In this document: positions 27,142 through 37,067 of the stretch, in pieces
Layout of the letters: the number at the start of each line of letters is the position of its first letter
How positions within the stretch are numbered: the first letter of the stretch is position 1
From: Bacilli bacterium
Lineage (GTDB): Bacteria; Bacillota_I; Bacilli_A; RFN20; CAG-826
Length of the DNA stretch: 56,798 bases
Assembly (NCBI GenBank): GCA_024408435.1
Contig: JAKSVA010000001.1
Span: forward strand, 1-56,798
Reading direction: 5' to 3'
The notes under the pieces: generated by a model
Seen by the model: the letters and a program-made list of their open reading frames with translations, nothing else
Told to the model about the DNA's origin: nothing
Database searches by the model: none
Position numbers and translations under genes: made by a program

Positions 27142-28950
27142 ATGAAATTTGTTCTTCAACACGTTGTTTTTCCTTCTATAAAAAATATTGGTAACATAAG
27201 CGATTTATATTTTAAAAGCAATAGGAAAGTTATTTTTGATTACACAAAAAATGAACCAATACGTATGTCAAAACAACAAGAGTTAGAGTTTGCTACATAC
27301 TTTAATTGCTTTTCACAACAAAAATGGATTTTATATACTGATATTGGAAATATCAATCTATCCATTGAATTAAAAGGACAATTTTCTATTTCTTTATTAC
27401 ATCTATATAAAAATGGCCTCAACAAGAGTTGTTGTGAAATTTTATCAACAAAAAAAATAGTTTCTGACACTAGAAAAATTTTTGATTTGAATTTTTCATC
27501 TTTTGACTCGACTGGAATTCTTGCATTTAAAATCACATCGCTAGTAGACGGATCGTTATATTATGATTCATATTTCTACACTAATATCGATGAGCAAAAA
27601 ATTAAAAACATTAATTTAGGTATAGGAATATGCACATACAAAAGAGAAAAATATGTAACACAAAATATATCTTCATTGACTAATGCAATAAAACTAAATA
27701 ATTGTTTTTCTAATTTACAAATATTTATTGCGGATAATGGAAATACATTGCAATCGTTTAATAACGACCATATCCATTTATTTAAAAACAGAAATACTGG
27801 TGGATCAGGCGGTTTTACACGCTGCATGATAGAAGCCATAAATTATAATAAAAAAAACAATCACCCAATTACTCATCTTATTCTCATGGATGATGACATC
27901 ATTTTTGATTGCGAATCCATTTTTAGAACTCATGCAATGTTGTCCATACTTAAAGATGATTACAAAAAAGAGTTTGTTGGTGGCGCAATGTTTTTCTTTG
28001 ATAAGCCATACATTCAGCACGCATCTGGCGAATTTTGGGTCGGTGATAGATGCGAAAGTTTTATTGATACATACAATAGAAACCTTGACATGAGAAAAAT
28101 TTCGTGTGTTCTTGATAGTGAAAAACCACTTTATTCCAATTATCAAGCTTGGTGGTACTGTGCTATTCCTATGTCCATTGTCTCTTACAAAAATTTGCCA
28201 ATGCCTTTTTTCGTAAAAAGCGATGATATTGAATATAGTATAAGAAACAAAAATCACACTATATTACTTAATGGAATTTGTGTGTGGCATGAATCGTTTG
28301 AATCAAAATATTCCCCAAAAAATGAATATTATACAGTAAGAAATTATCTAATAACCGCAAGTGCTCATAAAATAAAATTGGATAAAAGAAGGATTAAGTC
28401 TTTTTTTCTAAGGTATGTAAAACACTACATATGCAATTATAAATATTTAGAAATTAAATATTTTTGTTATGCGCTAAATGATTTTTTACGTGGAGTTGAT
28501 TACGTTAAATCAATAAATATTGAGCAATGCCACAAAGTAAAATTAAATAAAGGTTATAAAATAATGCATGTCAACGATTTACCTTTTCATTTTTCAAAAG
28601 CAGAATACTGGAAAACAATAAAAGAGGATGAGAAACATAAAGTTCCATTCTTATTCGCGAAATACACTATCAACGGATTACTAATCCCATCCCATAAGTA
28701 TGCAGTCTTAGGTGTATGGGGTGGCTCATATTATCAAACTTATAGAAAAAAATTTTTAATTAGATATGATCCCCATACTAACACCGCCTTTATATTACGC
28801 AGAAAACCTTTATTAAGTTTCAAATCATTATTGTTAGCATATAGAACTGTGAGAAAAATAAACAAATATTTTGATTATGCTTATAAGGATTTTTCTAAAA
28901 ATTGGAGGAAATTAATTTCTTACGATAATTGGAAAAAACATTTAAGTTAA
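27142..28950 (+). CDS. Family 2 glycosyltransferase, GlfT2-like architecture
   Basis: 602 aa. It has NRNTGGSGGFTRCM, LILMDDDIIFD (DxD) and QAWWYCAIPMS...FVKSDDIEYSIR. It is a paralogue of 33540..34592. Confidence 0.75.
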   Translation: MKFVLQHVVFPSIKNIGNISDLYFKSNRKVIFDYTKNEPIRMSKQQELEFATYFNCFSQQKWILYTDIGNINLSIELKGQFSISLLHLYKNGLNKSCCEILSTKKIVSDTRKIFDLNFSSFDSTGILAFKITSLVDGSLYYDSYFYTNIDEQKIKNINLGIGICTYKREKYVTQNISSLTNAIKLNNCFSNLQIFIADNGNTLQSFNNDHIHLFKNRNTGGSGGFTRCMIEAINYNKKNNHPITHLILMDDDIIFDCESIFRTHAMLSILKDDYKKEFVGGAMFFFDKPYIQHASGEFWVGDRCESFIDTYNRNLDMRKISCVLDSEKPLYSNYQAWWYCAIPMSIVSYKNLPMPFFVKSDDIEYSIRNKNHTILLNGICVWHESFESKYSPKNEYYTVRNYLITASAHKIKLDKRRIKSFFLRYVKHYICNYKYLEIKYFCYALNDFLRGVDYVKSINIEQCHKVKLNKGYKIMHVNDLPFHFSKAEYWKTIKEDEKHKVPFLFAKYTINGLLIPSHKYAVLGVWGGSYYQTYRKKFLIRYDPHTNTAFILRRKPLLSFKSLLLAYRTVRKINKYFDYAYKDFSKNWRKLISYDNWKKHLS

Positions 28951-29044
28951 AAAGTTTATTTTTTTAGTTTTATATCAAAAACTTTATTACTTAATGTAGA
29001 AAAATTAACAAGTACATAATATAATAATTATGGAGTTTTATTTT

Positions 29045-31822
29045 ATGAATAAAATAATGGACAATCTTGAAGAAAGATGCACTGGGTGCTCCGCTTGTAT
29101 GAATGCATGCCCTACAAATGCAATAGAAATGAAGGAAAATTTAGAAGGATTTTTGTTTCCTTCAATCGATGATAACAAATGTATTAATTGCAAAAAATGT
29201 TCTTCAATATGCCCGGCGAACAATTTAGTGAAAGACAATTGTTTAAGTGAAAAAATGTATGCAGTGGAAGCCGATGATGAAACTCGTGTGATAAGTTCTT
29301 CTGGAGGGGTTTTTAGCGTAGTTGCGAAATATTTTTTGCAAAATGATGGATATGTTTGTGGCGCGGCGTTTGATAAAAAATTGCAGCTAAGACATGTAAT
29401 AATTAATAAACTTGAGGATTTACCTCAACTATGTAAATCAAAATATTTGCAAAGTAGTATAGGTTATATATTTTCTGATATTAAACAACTTTTGGATAAA
29501 GGAAAAAACGTATTATTTGTTGGAACACCTTGTCAAGTAGCAGGGTTAAATAATTACTTAATAAAAAAATACGATAACTTGTTAACAATGGATTTAATGT
29601 GTCATGGAGTTCCTTCACAAAAATCATTCAACAAATATTTAGAAGAAATTGAAACTTGCAAAGGCGTGTCTGCTGTTGATTGCACATTTCGTTTGAAGCA
29701 TAATGGCTGGTTGGGTTCTGCAGAAAGGATAATGATAAAATTCAAAGATGACAGCACATATTCTAAAACAAGGTCTGCTGGAGACCCTTATGTAAAAGCT
29801 TTTTTAGAAAATATCGACTTAAGAAAAAGCTGTGAAGATTGTCCTTTTTCAGAATTACCAAGGCATGGAGATTTATCAATAGGGGACTTTTGGGGAATTG
29901 AAAAGTATAAAAAGGAGCCTATAGATAATAAAGGGACATCAATAGTACTAATAAACAACAAAAAAGGAGAAATGTTTTTTAATAAATGCATCAAACTTAA
30001 TACAAAAAATGAAGAATACAATTTCAGCGATAACATGCCTAATAGAGTACATAGAATTTTTAAACATTCACGTTTTAGAAAGCAATTCTTCCTAGAATTA
30101 GAAAATAAAAGTTTTTCCAACGCTTTAAATCAAAGTATCACTCTATCAGATGATAAAAATACATTTTTTGCGGGCAAAAGATATGATGTAGGATTAGTAT
30201 GCAATTATTCCGCACTAAATTTTGGTGGGAGTCTAACACAATATGCCTTGTTTAATGTCTTAAAAGATTTAGGGAAGTCTGTCTTACTAATTGAAAGGCC
30301 AAAAAATGCACCAGAAGCTATTTACCCAAATATTTATCATCAAATGTACAATAAGTGGCCATATTTAAAACAAGACACTTCACCACAATTTAATGATAAA
30401 AATGAAATGAAACTACTTAATCAATATTGTGATAGATTTATCGTAGGATCTGATGTTTTGTTTAGAGCTTCTCTTTATAAAAAAATGGGCAAAATTTCGT
30501 CTCTAAGTTGGGTTAATAATGATAAACCAAAAATAGCCTACGCTGCTTCTTATGGTTTTGACTTCATGGAAGGTAGTTATGACGATAATGCTGAATTGTC
30601 TTATTTTCTCAAAAAATTTGATGCATTTTCTTGCCGAGAAAAAAGTGGCATAAAACTATTCAAAAACTTTTTTGGCATAGATTCTACTTTTGTTTTAGAT
30701 CCCGTTTTTTTGTGTGATAAAAAACATTATGAAAATTTAATAAATAAAAGCAATAAACAAATAAAAAGTGGATCTATTTGTTGCTATATACTTGACCCAA
30801 ATGACTATAAAAGAAATGTTATCCTACAAGTTAGCAAAACATTAAACAACAACCCTATAATTTTTTCTGAATTCCTTTCAGAAAAAGCGAACTCATTATT
30901 AAAAAAGCATTTTTTTGATTTTAATTGCGTTAATTACACAATTGAAGATAGATTAAAATGTTTTAAAGAAAGCAGCTTTGTCATCACTGATTCTTTTCAT
31001 GGAACATGTTTAGCTATCATTTATAACAAACCATTTATATGCATGCCGAACGCAGAGCGCGGATTAACTCGTTTTGATTCTCTTCTTAATTTTTTCAGAT
31101 TAAATAATAGAGCTATAATCTCAAAAAACGTAATTTCTCCTGAAATTGTTTTAAAATCTATAAATTATAAATCGGTTAACAAAAAAATTAAAAAAACTGT
31201 AGCGAAAAACAAAAAATGGTTGCTGCATGCATTAGCAATAAAACCACATATTGGTTATTCGCAATACGACATTTTAAGTAGAAAATTAACTGAATATCAA
31301 AATAATGAGATAGCAACAATTAAAAAACAAATAAAATTTTTATATTCTAAAATTAATTGTCTTCCACTGATAAATGATATTAAACAATACTTTACAAAAT
31401 TATCAGAATTAAGTGAGCATTTGACAATAATTATTTCTGTAAAAGACACACCTGGAATAGAGTTATCAAAACCATTTGCAGAATTTATAAAAAATAATGT
31501 AAAATCCAATTGTAATTTAGCAAATAATCACCAAAACAGTTATATTTTGATTAATAGTTTTGGCAAAAATATTTTTGAAATGTTAAGTGCAGAAAAAATC
31601 ACTAAGGTGGTAAAATGCGATAATTTTGAAATTAATGTTACAAGTGCAAATTTAAAAGTTGGTAATGAGTCTAGCATATTGATAAATGGCAAAGAATATT
31701 CTATAAATCAGCGCGGTTTAAACATCGTAATAATTGATCATTTTTGTAATGTCGTTATTGATTCAATTAACATCGACACGCATCTAATTCCGTATAAATT
31801 TAATCATTTACCTGTTATATAA
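29045..31822 (+). CDS. Fusion protein: 2x[4Fe-4S] ferredoxin / F420H2-dehydrogenase beta-like domain + polysaccharide pyruvyl transferase domain + extra C-terminal domain
   Basis: It has CTGCSACMNACP and CINCKKCSSICP clusters, an FrhB/FdhB-like region (GTPCQVAGL), then a pyruvyl transferase-like region (VITDSFHGTCLAIIYNKPFI). The ATG at 29045 has GGAG 9 nt upstream. The track start is 29030. Confidence 0.7.
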   Translation: MNKIMDNLEERCTGCSACMNACPTNAIEMKENLEGFLFPSIDDNKCINCKKCSSICPANNLVKDNCLSEKMYAVEADDETRVISSSGGVFSVVAKYFLQNDGYVCGAAFDKKLQLRHVIINKLEDLPQLCKSKYLQSSIGYIFSDIKQLLDKGKNVLFVGTPCQVAGLNNYLIKKYDNLLTMDLMCHGVPSQKSFNKYLEEIETCKGVSAVDCTFRLKHNGWLGSAERIMIKFKDDSTYSKTRSAGDPYVKAFLENIDLRKSCEDCPFSELPRHGDLSIGDFWGIEKYKKEPIDNKGTSIVLINNKKGEMFFNKCIKLNTKNEEYNFSDNMPNRVHRIFKHSRFRKQFFLELENKSFSNALNQSITLSDDKNTFFAGKRYDVGLVCNYSALNFGGSLTQYALFNVLKDLGKSVLLIERPKNAPEAIYPNIYHQMYNKWPYLKQDTSPQFNDKNEMKLLNQYCDRFIVGSDVLFRASLYKKMGKISSLSWVNNDKPKIAYAASYGFDFMEGSYDDNAELSYFLKKFDAFSCREKSGIKLFKNFFGIDSTFVLDPVFLCDKKHYENLINKSNKQIKSGSICCYILDPNDYKRNVILQVSKTLNNNPIIFSEFLSEKANSLLKKHFFDFNCVNYTIEDRLKCFKESSFVITDSFHGTCLAIIYNKPFICMPNAERGLTRFDSLLNFFRLNNRAIISKNVISPEIVLKSINYKSVNKKIKKTVAKNKKWLLHALAIKPHIGYSQYDILSRKLTEYQNNEIATIKKQIKFLYSKINCLPLINDIKQYFTKLSELSEHLTIIISVKDTPGIELSKPFAEFIKNNVKSNCNLANNHQNSYILINSFGKNIFEMLSAEKITKVVKCDNFEINVTSANLKVGNESSILINGKEYSINQRGLNIVIIDHFCNVVIDSINIDTHLIPYKFNHLPVI

Positions 31823-31847
31823 TTAAATATTGAGATACAAGCATTAT

Positions 31848-32708
31848 ATGAAGCAAAATTTAAAAGAAATATACGATTACCGACAGATGATAATCGGTCT
31901 CATTCGGAGAGATTTAAGAGGGCGATATAAAGGTAGCCTTCTTGGGTTTTTATGGACTTTTATTAATCCACTTCTTCAATTACTTGTCTATACACTTGTT
32001 TTTGGCGTTTTATTGAAAAATAAAGTGCCCGATTTTTATTTATATGTTTTCGTCGGCCTTATTCCATGGCTATTTTTTTCATCATGCCTTGTTGGAGGAT
32101 CGGAGGCGATTATTAGTCAACAAAGATTAGTTACAAAAGTGTACTTCCCGCGCGAAGTTTTACCTATTTCTTATGTTACTAGTAGTTTTATTAATATGTT
32201 ATGTTGTTTTATTATCGTTATGGCCGTTTATTTATTTTCAGCATTTACTTCTTTTGATGGTGGATTCCATTGGACTTTCCCTCCTACTGATCCTACGACT
32301 GGTTTAACCACTTTTTCTTTTCTACCTTTATTAGCTTTACCACTCGTATTTCTAATTGAATACATTATGTGCCTTGGTATGACACTATTTACGAGTGCCA
32401 TTACAGTATATGTAAGAGATGTACGACACATTCTTGGAATTGTTGGAATGCTCTGGATGTTTTCAACGCCAATTATGTGGAAAATATCAAATGTATTAGA
32501 TCCAGGAAGGATGGAAAGATGGGGTTGGCTGTTTTTATATGTAAATCCTATGACTGGGATAATCGAAGCTTGCCATAGCATTTTATATAACGGAGCATGG
32601 CCTAATTTTACTTATTTAGCCGCTTCAGCTGGTTGGGCCATATTAGCCATTATTGTTGGAATTCCTGTATTTAACAAAGCTAAGAAACATTTTGCCGAGG
32701 AATTATAA
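31848..32708 (+). CDS. ABC-2 type polysaccharide exporter permease (Wzm/TagG-like)
   Basis: It has 6 TM segments and an N-terminal LIRRDLRGRYKGSLLGFLWTFINPLL signature of ABC-2 permeases. The track start is TTG at 31830; the ATG at 31848 is preferred. Confidence 0.85.
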   Translation: MKQNLKEIYDYRQMIIGLIRRDLRGRYKGSLLGFLWTFINPLLQLLVYTLVFGVLLKNKVPDFYLYVFVGLIPWLFFSSCLVGGSEAIISQQRLVTKVYFPREVLPISYVTSSFINMLCCFIIVMAVYLFSAFTSFDGGFHWTFPPTDPTTGLTTFSFLPLLALPLVFLIEYIMCLGMTLFTSAITVYVRDVRHILGIVGMLWMFSTPIMWKISNVLDPGRMERWGWLFLYVNPMTGIIEACHSILYNGAWPNFTYLAASAGWAILAIIVGIPVFNKAKKHFAEEL

Positions 32709-32710
32709 TC

Positions 32711-33535
32711 ATGAATGAAGTAACAGAAAAAGTAATTAACGTTAATCATGTCAGTAAAAGTTTTAAGATATATTTTGATAAAGGACATACTTTAAAAGAA
32801 AAACTTCTTTTTTGGAAGAGAAATAGACATGAAAAAAGAGAGGTTTTAAATGACATTACTTTTTCAGTGAAAAAAGGGGGATCAGTGGGCTTAATAGGTC
32901 GCAACGGATGTGGTAAGTCAACAATGCTAAAAATGCTTACTAAAATTTATTATCCTGATAAAGGCGATATTAGTATTAATGGTAAAATCTCTTCTTTAAT
33001 TGAATTAGGTGCTGGATTCCATCCTGATATGACTGGTAGAGAAAATATTTATATAAACGCTTCAATATATGGTTTAAGTAGAAAAGAAATAGATAAGCGA
33101 ATTGATTCAATTATTGCCTTTAGTGAAATCAAAAATTATATAGATAATCCTATAAGAACATATTCATCTGGAATGTATATGAGACTAGCTTTTTCAATAG
33201 CTATTAGCGTAAGTGCTGATGTTTTACTCATTGATGAAATTTTAGCGGTAGGCGATGCTAGTTTTCAAGCAAAATGCTTTAATAAGTTAAAAGAACTTAA
33301 AAAACAAGGGAAAACTATTGTAATAGTTAGTCATAATATGAAATCAATCATTGAATTTTGTGATAGTTGTATCTGGATTGAAAAAGGCAAAATTAAAAAA
33401 ATTGGTGATACCGAGAAAGTTATTAATAGTTATTTAGACTATATGGTTGATAAAGATGTATTTAAAACGTTAAATAGCCACGATCGTTCTTCTATCACTA
33501 ATGAAATTAATAGAAGAAAAATGCCAAAAAAATAA
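32711..33535 (+). CDS. Polysaccharide ABC exporter ATP-binding protein (Wzt/TagH-like, short form)
   Basis: It has Walker A GRNGCGKST, signature YSSGMYMRLAFS and Walker B VLLIDEILAVGD. At 274 aa it has no C-terminal glycan-binding domain. Confidence 0.9.
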   Translation: MNEVTEKVINVNHVSKSFKIYFDKGHTLKEKLLFWKRNRHEKREVLNDITFSVKKGGSVGLIGRNGCGKSTMLKMLTKIYYPDKGDISINGKISSLIELGAGFHPDMTGRENIYINASIYGLSRKEIDKRIDSIIAFSEIKNYIDNPIRTYSSGMYMRLAFSIAISVSADVLLIDEILAVGDASFQAKCFNKLKELKKQGKTIVIVSHNMKSIIEFCDSCIWIEKGKIKKIGDTEKVINSYLDYMVDKDVFKTLNSHDRSSITNEINRRKMPKK

Positions 33536-33539
33536 ATAC

Positions 33540-34592
33540 ATGAAAGTATCTATTATAATTTGTACATACAACCGTCAAGAAAATATTAAATACAATTTAG
33601 CAACTTTGAATAATCATTGCAAAAATTTTATCCATCACATTTACGTTATTGATAATGCATCAAATCTTCCTCAATCTTTAAGCAATGATTTCATATCAAT
33701 CATTCCAAATAAAAATCTAGGTGGAAGCGGAGGATACGCTAGAGGGATGTATGAGGCTAAAAAAGATAAAGAAACAACTCATATTATTCTCATGGATGAC
33801 GATATAAAATTTGAACCGGATGTGTTACAAAATGCAATCAGCCGGTTAAACGACATTGATAAAAATGATTGGTTGGCGTTTGGGATGAGAACATTTGAAA
33901 AACCAAATATCATATACGAAAACACTGCGTTTTGGAATGGAATACGCCCAATAGCGAATCATCGTGGATATAACCTAATTAAAGATAAACAATGGAAAAG
34001 AAGAAAATGCAATTACGCTGCATGGTGGTCTTTAATCATGCCAATTTCAGTTATAGATAAATATAGGTATCCAATGCCTTATTTTATTAAATCAGATGAT
34101 GTTGAATACGCTTTGAGAAGGAGAAACGAAACAATACATTGTTTTAAAGATATTTCAATATTACATGAAGATTTTGACAAAAAATATAATCATTACATTG
34201 AATATTACAACATTAGAAACTATCTAATAACTAACGCTATTCATCTAAAACATAGTTTATTAAAATCTTGGTTAATGTATGTTCTTAGAATGGGCAAATC
34301 ATGGTTAACTGGTAATTTCAAAAAAATAAAATTAGCTAATATCGGCCTAAAAGATTTTTTATTAGGCCCATCTTGCATAACTAATACGGACTTAAGCGAA
34401 AAAAATACGATGATAAGAGATATGACTAACAAAGCTAAAATAAACTTAATTAATATCATTACATTTCCTTTTATTGTTTTTTTTAATTCACTTGTACTTG
34501 TTTTTAAATATAGAAGAGTTAGAAAACAATATTTAGATTCTTATCAATATCTCACTAGTGAAGCTTATTGGGAAAAACAATTTAATAGTTGA
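33540..34592 (+). CDS. Family 2 glycosyltransferase, GlfT2-like (paralogue of 27142..28950)
   Basis: MKVSIIICTYNR, NKNLGGSGGYARGM, IILMDDDIKFE, AAWWSLIMPIS...FIKSDDVEYALR. The ATG at 33540 follows the Wzt stop at 33535. The track start at 33501 overlaps Wzt. Confidence 0.8.
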   Translation: MKVSIIICTYNRQENIKYNLATLNNHCKNFIHHIYVIDNASNLPQSLSNDFISIIPNKNLGGSGGYARGMYEAKKDKETTHIILMDDDIKFEPDVLQNAISRLNDIDKNDWLAFGMRTFEKPNIIYENTAFWNGIRPIANHRGYNLIKDKQWKRRKCNYAAWWSLIMPISVIDKYRYPMPYFIKSDDVEYALRRRNETIHCFKDISILHEDFDKKYNHYIEYYNIRNYLITNAIHLKHSLLKSWLMYVLRMGKSWLTGNFKKIKLANIGLKDFLLGPSCITNTDLSEKNTMIRDMTNKAKINLINIITFPFIVFFNSLVLVFKYRRVRKQYLDSYQYLTSEAYWEKQFNS

Positions 34593-34593
34593 A

Positions 34594-35517
34594 CTATTTT
34601 AGATTGTATTCTTTCAACAAAAATTTGTATAAAGTATTGGGTTTAGATCTAAACAATTTAGATCTTTTATAAGTAATTTTATAAATGTGTGTGTTAATAA
34701 GCGCTTTGTCATATTCATATGCATTATATTTTTTGTAAAAGAATTTTTTAAAGATTTTTAGCACCATATCATTGTTATATGGAACACTGACAATGATATT
34801 ATTAACTATTCTATTTGATTCAGAATATAAAGAAATTAATTGATCCAATAAAAAATAATCAATTGTTAAGTTATGATCTGAATAATATTTTTCATAGAAT
34901 CTTGATAATCCAGTGAATAGAGGATTATTTTTCCCAACAGCCATTGCAAAAATTGAATTAGGCCATCCAGGATACCTAATGGTCCAATACGGGTATCCAA
35001 TCAAATGATCAATTGGTTTAGTAAGAAAAATAGTTGAATCTAGCCATAATCCGCCATGTTTAGCTAGTAAATATGTTCTTAATATATCAGAAAAATGAGT
35101 GATATCAATAATGCCTTTTTCAAATTTTTCAATAATTATATTGGGTAAATCGGCGTATTGTTTATAGTTATTTTTATCAATAATTACAACATTTTGAGCG
35201 TATTTTTTTATTGACTCTAAACAGAGCAAAATTGGTTTAGGCGTATTATTGTTAATTCCCTGATACCAAAAAAAGAAAGTTTTAAAATTTGCATCGATAA
35301 GTGGAGCGGTTTCCTTCTCAACGATTAGATAATTTTTGTAATTAGTTTTTATATATTCTTTCGATAGAATCCATTTTAAATCTTGATATTTTTGTTTGTT
35401 AGTCAATAAATATAGCAAAGAGTATTTGTAATATTTATGAGCAATTTTTTTTCCAAATTCTTTTTTATATTTTCTATAGGTTGACAATTTTAATATTTTA
35501 ATAATCCAACGCTTCAT
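34594..35517 (-). CDS. Capsular polysaccharide synthesis (Caps_synth-type) glycosyltransferase
   Basis: FFFWYQGINNNTPKPILLCLESIKKY and HFSDILRTYLLAKHGGLWLDSTIF match the Caps_synth / DXD-sugar-binding transferase pattern. Confidence 0.7.
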   Translation of the reverse strand: MKRWIIKILKLSTYRKYKKEFGKKIAHKYYKYSLLYLLTNKQKYQDLKWILSKEYIKTNYKNYLIVEKETAPLIDANFKTFFFWYQGINNNTPKPILLCLESIKKYAQNVVIIDKNNYKQYADLPNIIIEKFEKGIIDITHFSDILRTYLLAKHGGLWLDSTIFLTKPIDHLIGYPYWTIRYPGWPNSIFAMAVGKNNPLFTGLSRFYEKYYSDHNLTIDYFLLDQLISLYSESNRIVNNIIVSVPYNNDMVLKIFKKFFYKKYNAYEYDKALINTHIYKITYKRSKLFRSKPNTLYKFLLKEYNLK

Positions 35518-35523
35518 AAAAGA

Positions 35524-36330
35524 TTACTTCACTGATTTTTTATATCTTTTCCCAAAAAACTTAGCTCTTAAATAATTAATGCCTTTGCGGAGTTTTGCAA
35601 ACGCAATTAATTCAAGATACCCAACCTCTTTATATTTAATATTATTATGTCTTAGATAGATATCTAACATTAGTTCAGATACACTACCCATATAACGTTT
35701 TTCATAATCACTCCAAGTTGAAGAATCAATCTTATTTTCAATTGCACCTAATACATCAAATAACCATGGTAGATATTTATCTAGGAATGTTTTATTTGCA
35801 ATTAACATATTAAACATATGCGCGGATCTTCTTTTTCTTAAATTATTAAATTCTTTAAGATATTCAGGATATTTATCTTTAATTACTTCTTCTGCAGCTT
35901 TTAGTGGTTCAGGTCTAAGTGTACGACAATAATGATCATAAAGTGTCTCAATAATGTAATAACGTTTCTTAGGCACGATAATATCGTAATTAGATAAGAT
36001 AGACTTGCACTCTTCTTCACTTATAACATGAACAGTTTTATCATCTGCGGATATTCTTAATCTACCTTTAAAGTATCTCCGGTAATGCGCTAAACCTAAA
36101 AAATCATAATCTAAATGCTTCCATCCCCAATATAATGCAGTTAATTCTGAATAATAAGGATTCTTATCAGAGATATTATCTCCTTCATCATCACGAGCGA
36201 TACCAAAACTAGGTTTATTAACCGCTCCAGCCTGAATAAGTTTATAAAAACTATTCGCATATAAAGTAAATGGAATATGAGTACAAACTAAGATTGTGTT
36301 CTTTTTATCCATAAGATAATTATATAGCAT
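35524..36330 (-). CDS. DUF4422-type putative glycosyltransferase
   Basis: ILVCTHIPF, YYSELTALYWGWKH and DFLGLAHYRRYF are characteristic of DUF4422 proteins in polysaccharide loci. The start could instead be the ATG at 36312. Confidence 0.7.
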   Translation of the reverse strand: MLYNYLMDKKNTILVCTHIPFTLYANSFYKLIQAGAVNKPSFGIARDDEGDNISDKNPYYSELTALYWGWKHLDYDFLGLAHYRRYFKGRLRISADDKTVHVISEEECKSILSNYDIIVPKKRYYIIETLYDHYCRTLRPEPLKAAEEVIKDKYPEYLKEFNNLRKRRSAHMFNMLIANKTFLDKYLPWLFDVLGAIENKIDSSTWSDYEKRYMGSVSELMLDIYLRHNNIKYKEVGYLELIAFAKLRKGINYLRAKFFGKRYKKSVK

Positions 36331-36359
36331 ATTCCGCTAATTAATAATGAATGAGGAGG

Positions 36360-36558
36360 GCGGGTCCACCCTGTCATTGACATCGTGGACAGGGGATGGA
36401 TACCCTCTTGTTGACACAATAGGGTATGGCTATGATATAAGTTTCTTTATTATTATCATTTAGTTAATATAAATATATTAATAGATAGTATATAACCCAT
36501 CATGACTTTGTCATCATGGGGGAAAGCTTCCACCTTGTCTAAACGACAACGTGGGAAT
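36360..36558 (-). repeat. Imperfect-hairpin repeat family, junction copy 2 (inverted relative to 26731..26936)
   Basis: The reverse complement of 36361..36388 matches 26907..26934 at 27/28. The reverse complement of 36496..36520 matches 26633..26657 at 24/25. The reverse complement of 36530..36555 has the same arms as 26732..26756 but a different loop. Confidence 0.8.
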
Positions 36559-36635
36559 GGATAATACGTTTTTGTTATAAGTGAATATATATTGAGTTCG
36601 TTATTACGATTGCTTGTTATATAATAATATATAGA

Positions 36636-37067
36636 ATGAAAAAATTAATAAAATTTATTAATAAACATTTTTCTAGTTTAATTCGACTTATTAAAGAAAT
36701 TTTTTGTGGCTTTGTTGCATCGGCGGTTTTTGCGTTGTTCAGTTGGTTAACAACGTTAATAAATCCTCTAAAAGATTATCCGATTATAAGCGCGATTTCT
36801 ACTTGGACGTCAATTGTTATATTATTGTTATTTTCGTTATACGGCATTACCGATTATATTTTTAATGTGACTCCCGCCTTAGTGAAATCTTTTAGAAATA
36901 TGAAAAGAAAAGTTCGCAAGAAAAATAAGATTGACTATTTTAATGGAAATCCAGACGCTTTACCTGGATCTAGTGGAAAACCATTTGAGGATATTATTGA
37001 TGATTTAGAAAAAATGGATATCGATGATCCAAAAAATAAAGTAGGAGGCGACGACAATGAAGATTGA
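36636..37067 (+). CDS. Small membrane protein (2-3 TM, acidic C-terminal tail), first gene of the DGQHR cluster
   Basis: 143 aa with hydrophobic segments at about residues 20-45 and 50-75. The C-terminus is DIIDDLEKMDIDDPKNKVGGDDNED. Its 3' end contains the GGAGG RBS of the next gene and overlaps it by 11 nt. Confidence 0.6.
   Translation: MKKLIKFINKHFSSLIRLIKEIFCGFVASAVFALFSWLTTLINPLKDYPIISAISTWTSIVILLLFSLYGITDYIFNVTPALVKSFRNMKRKVRKKNKIDYFNGNPDALPGSSGKPFEDIIDDLEKMDIDDPKNKVGGDDNED

Noticed and set aside
27240-28257. Minus-strand ORFs 27240..27536, 27576..27839 and 27805..28257, antisense to the GT2 gene
   Set aside because: They lie antisense to a gene with clear GT2 motifs in very AT-rich sequence. 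They have no motifs or RBS.
36347-36463. 38-aa plus-strand ORF (MNEEGGSTLSLTSW...) within repeat copy 2
   Set aside because: The conserved peptide stretch only reflects nucleotide identity of the hairpin arms. The corresponding frame in copy 1 has no start codon and diverges immediately.
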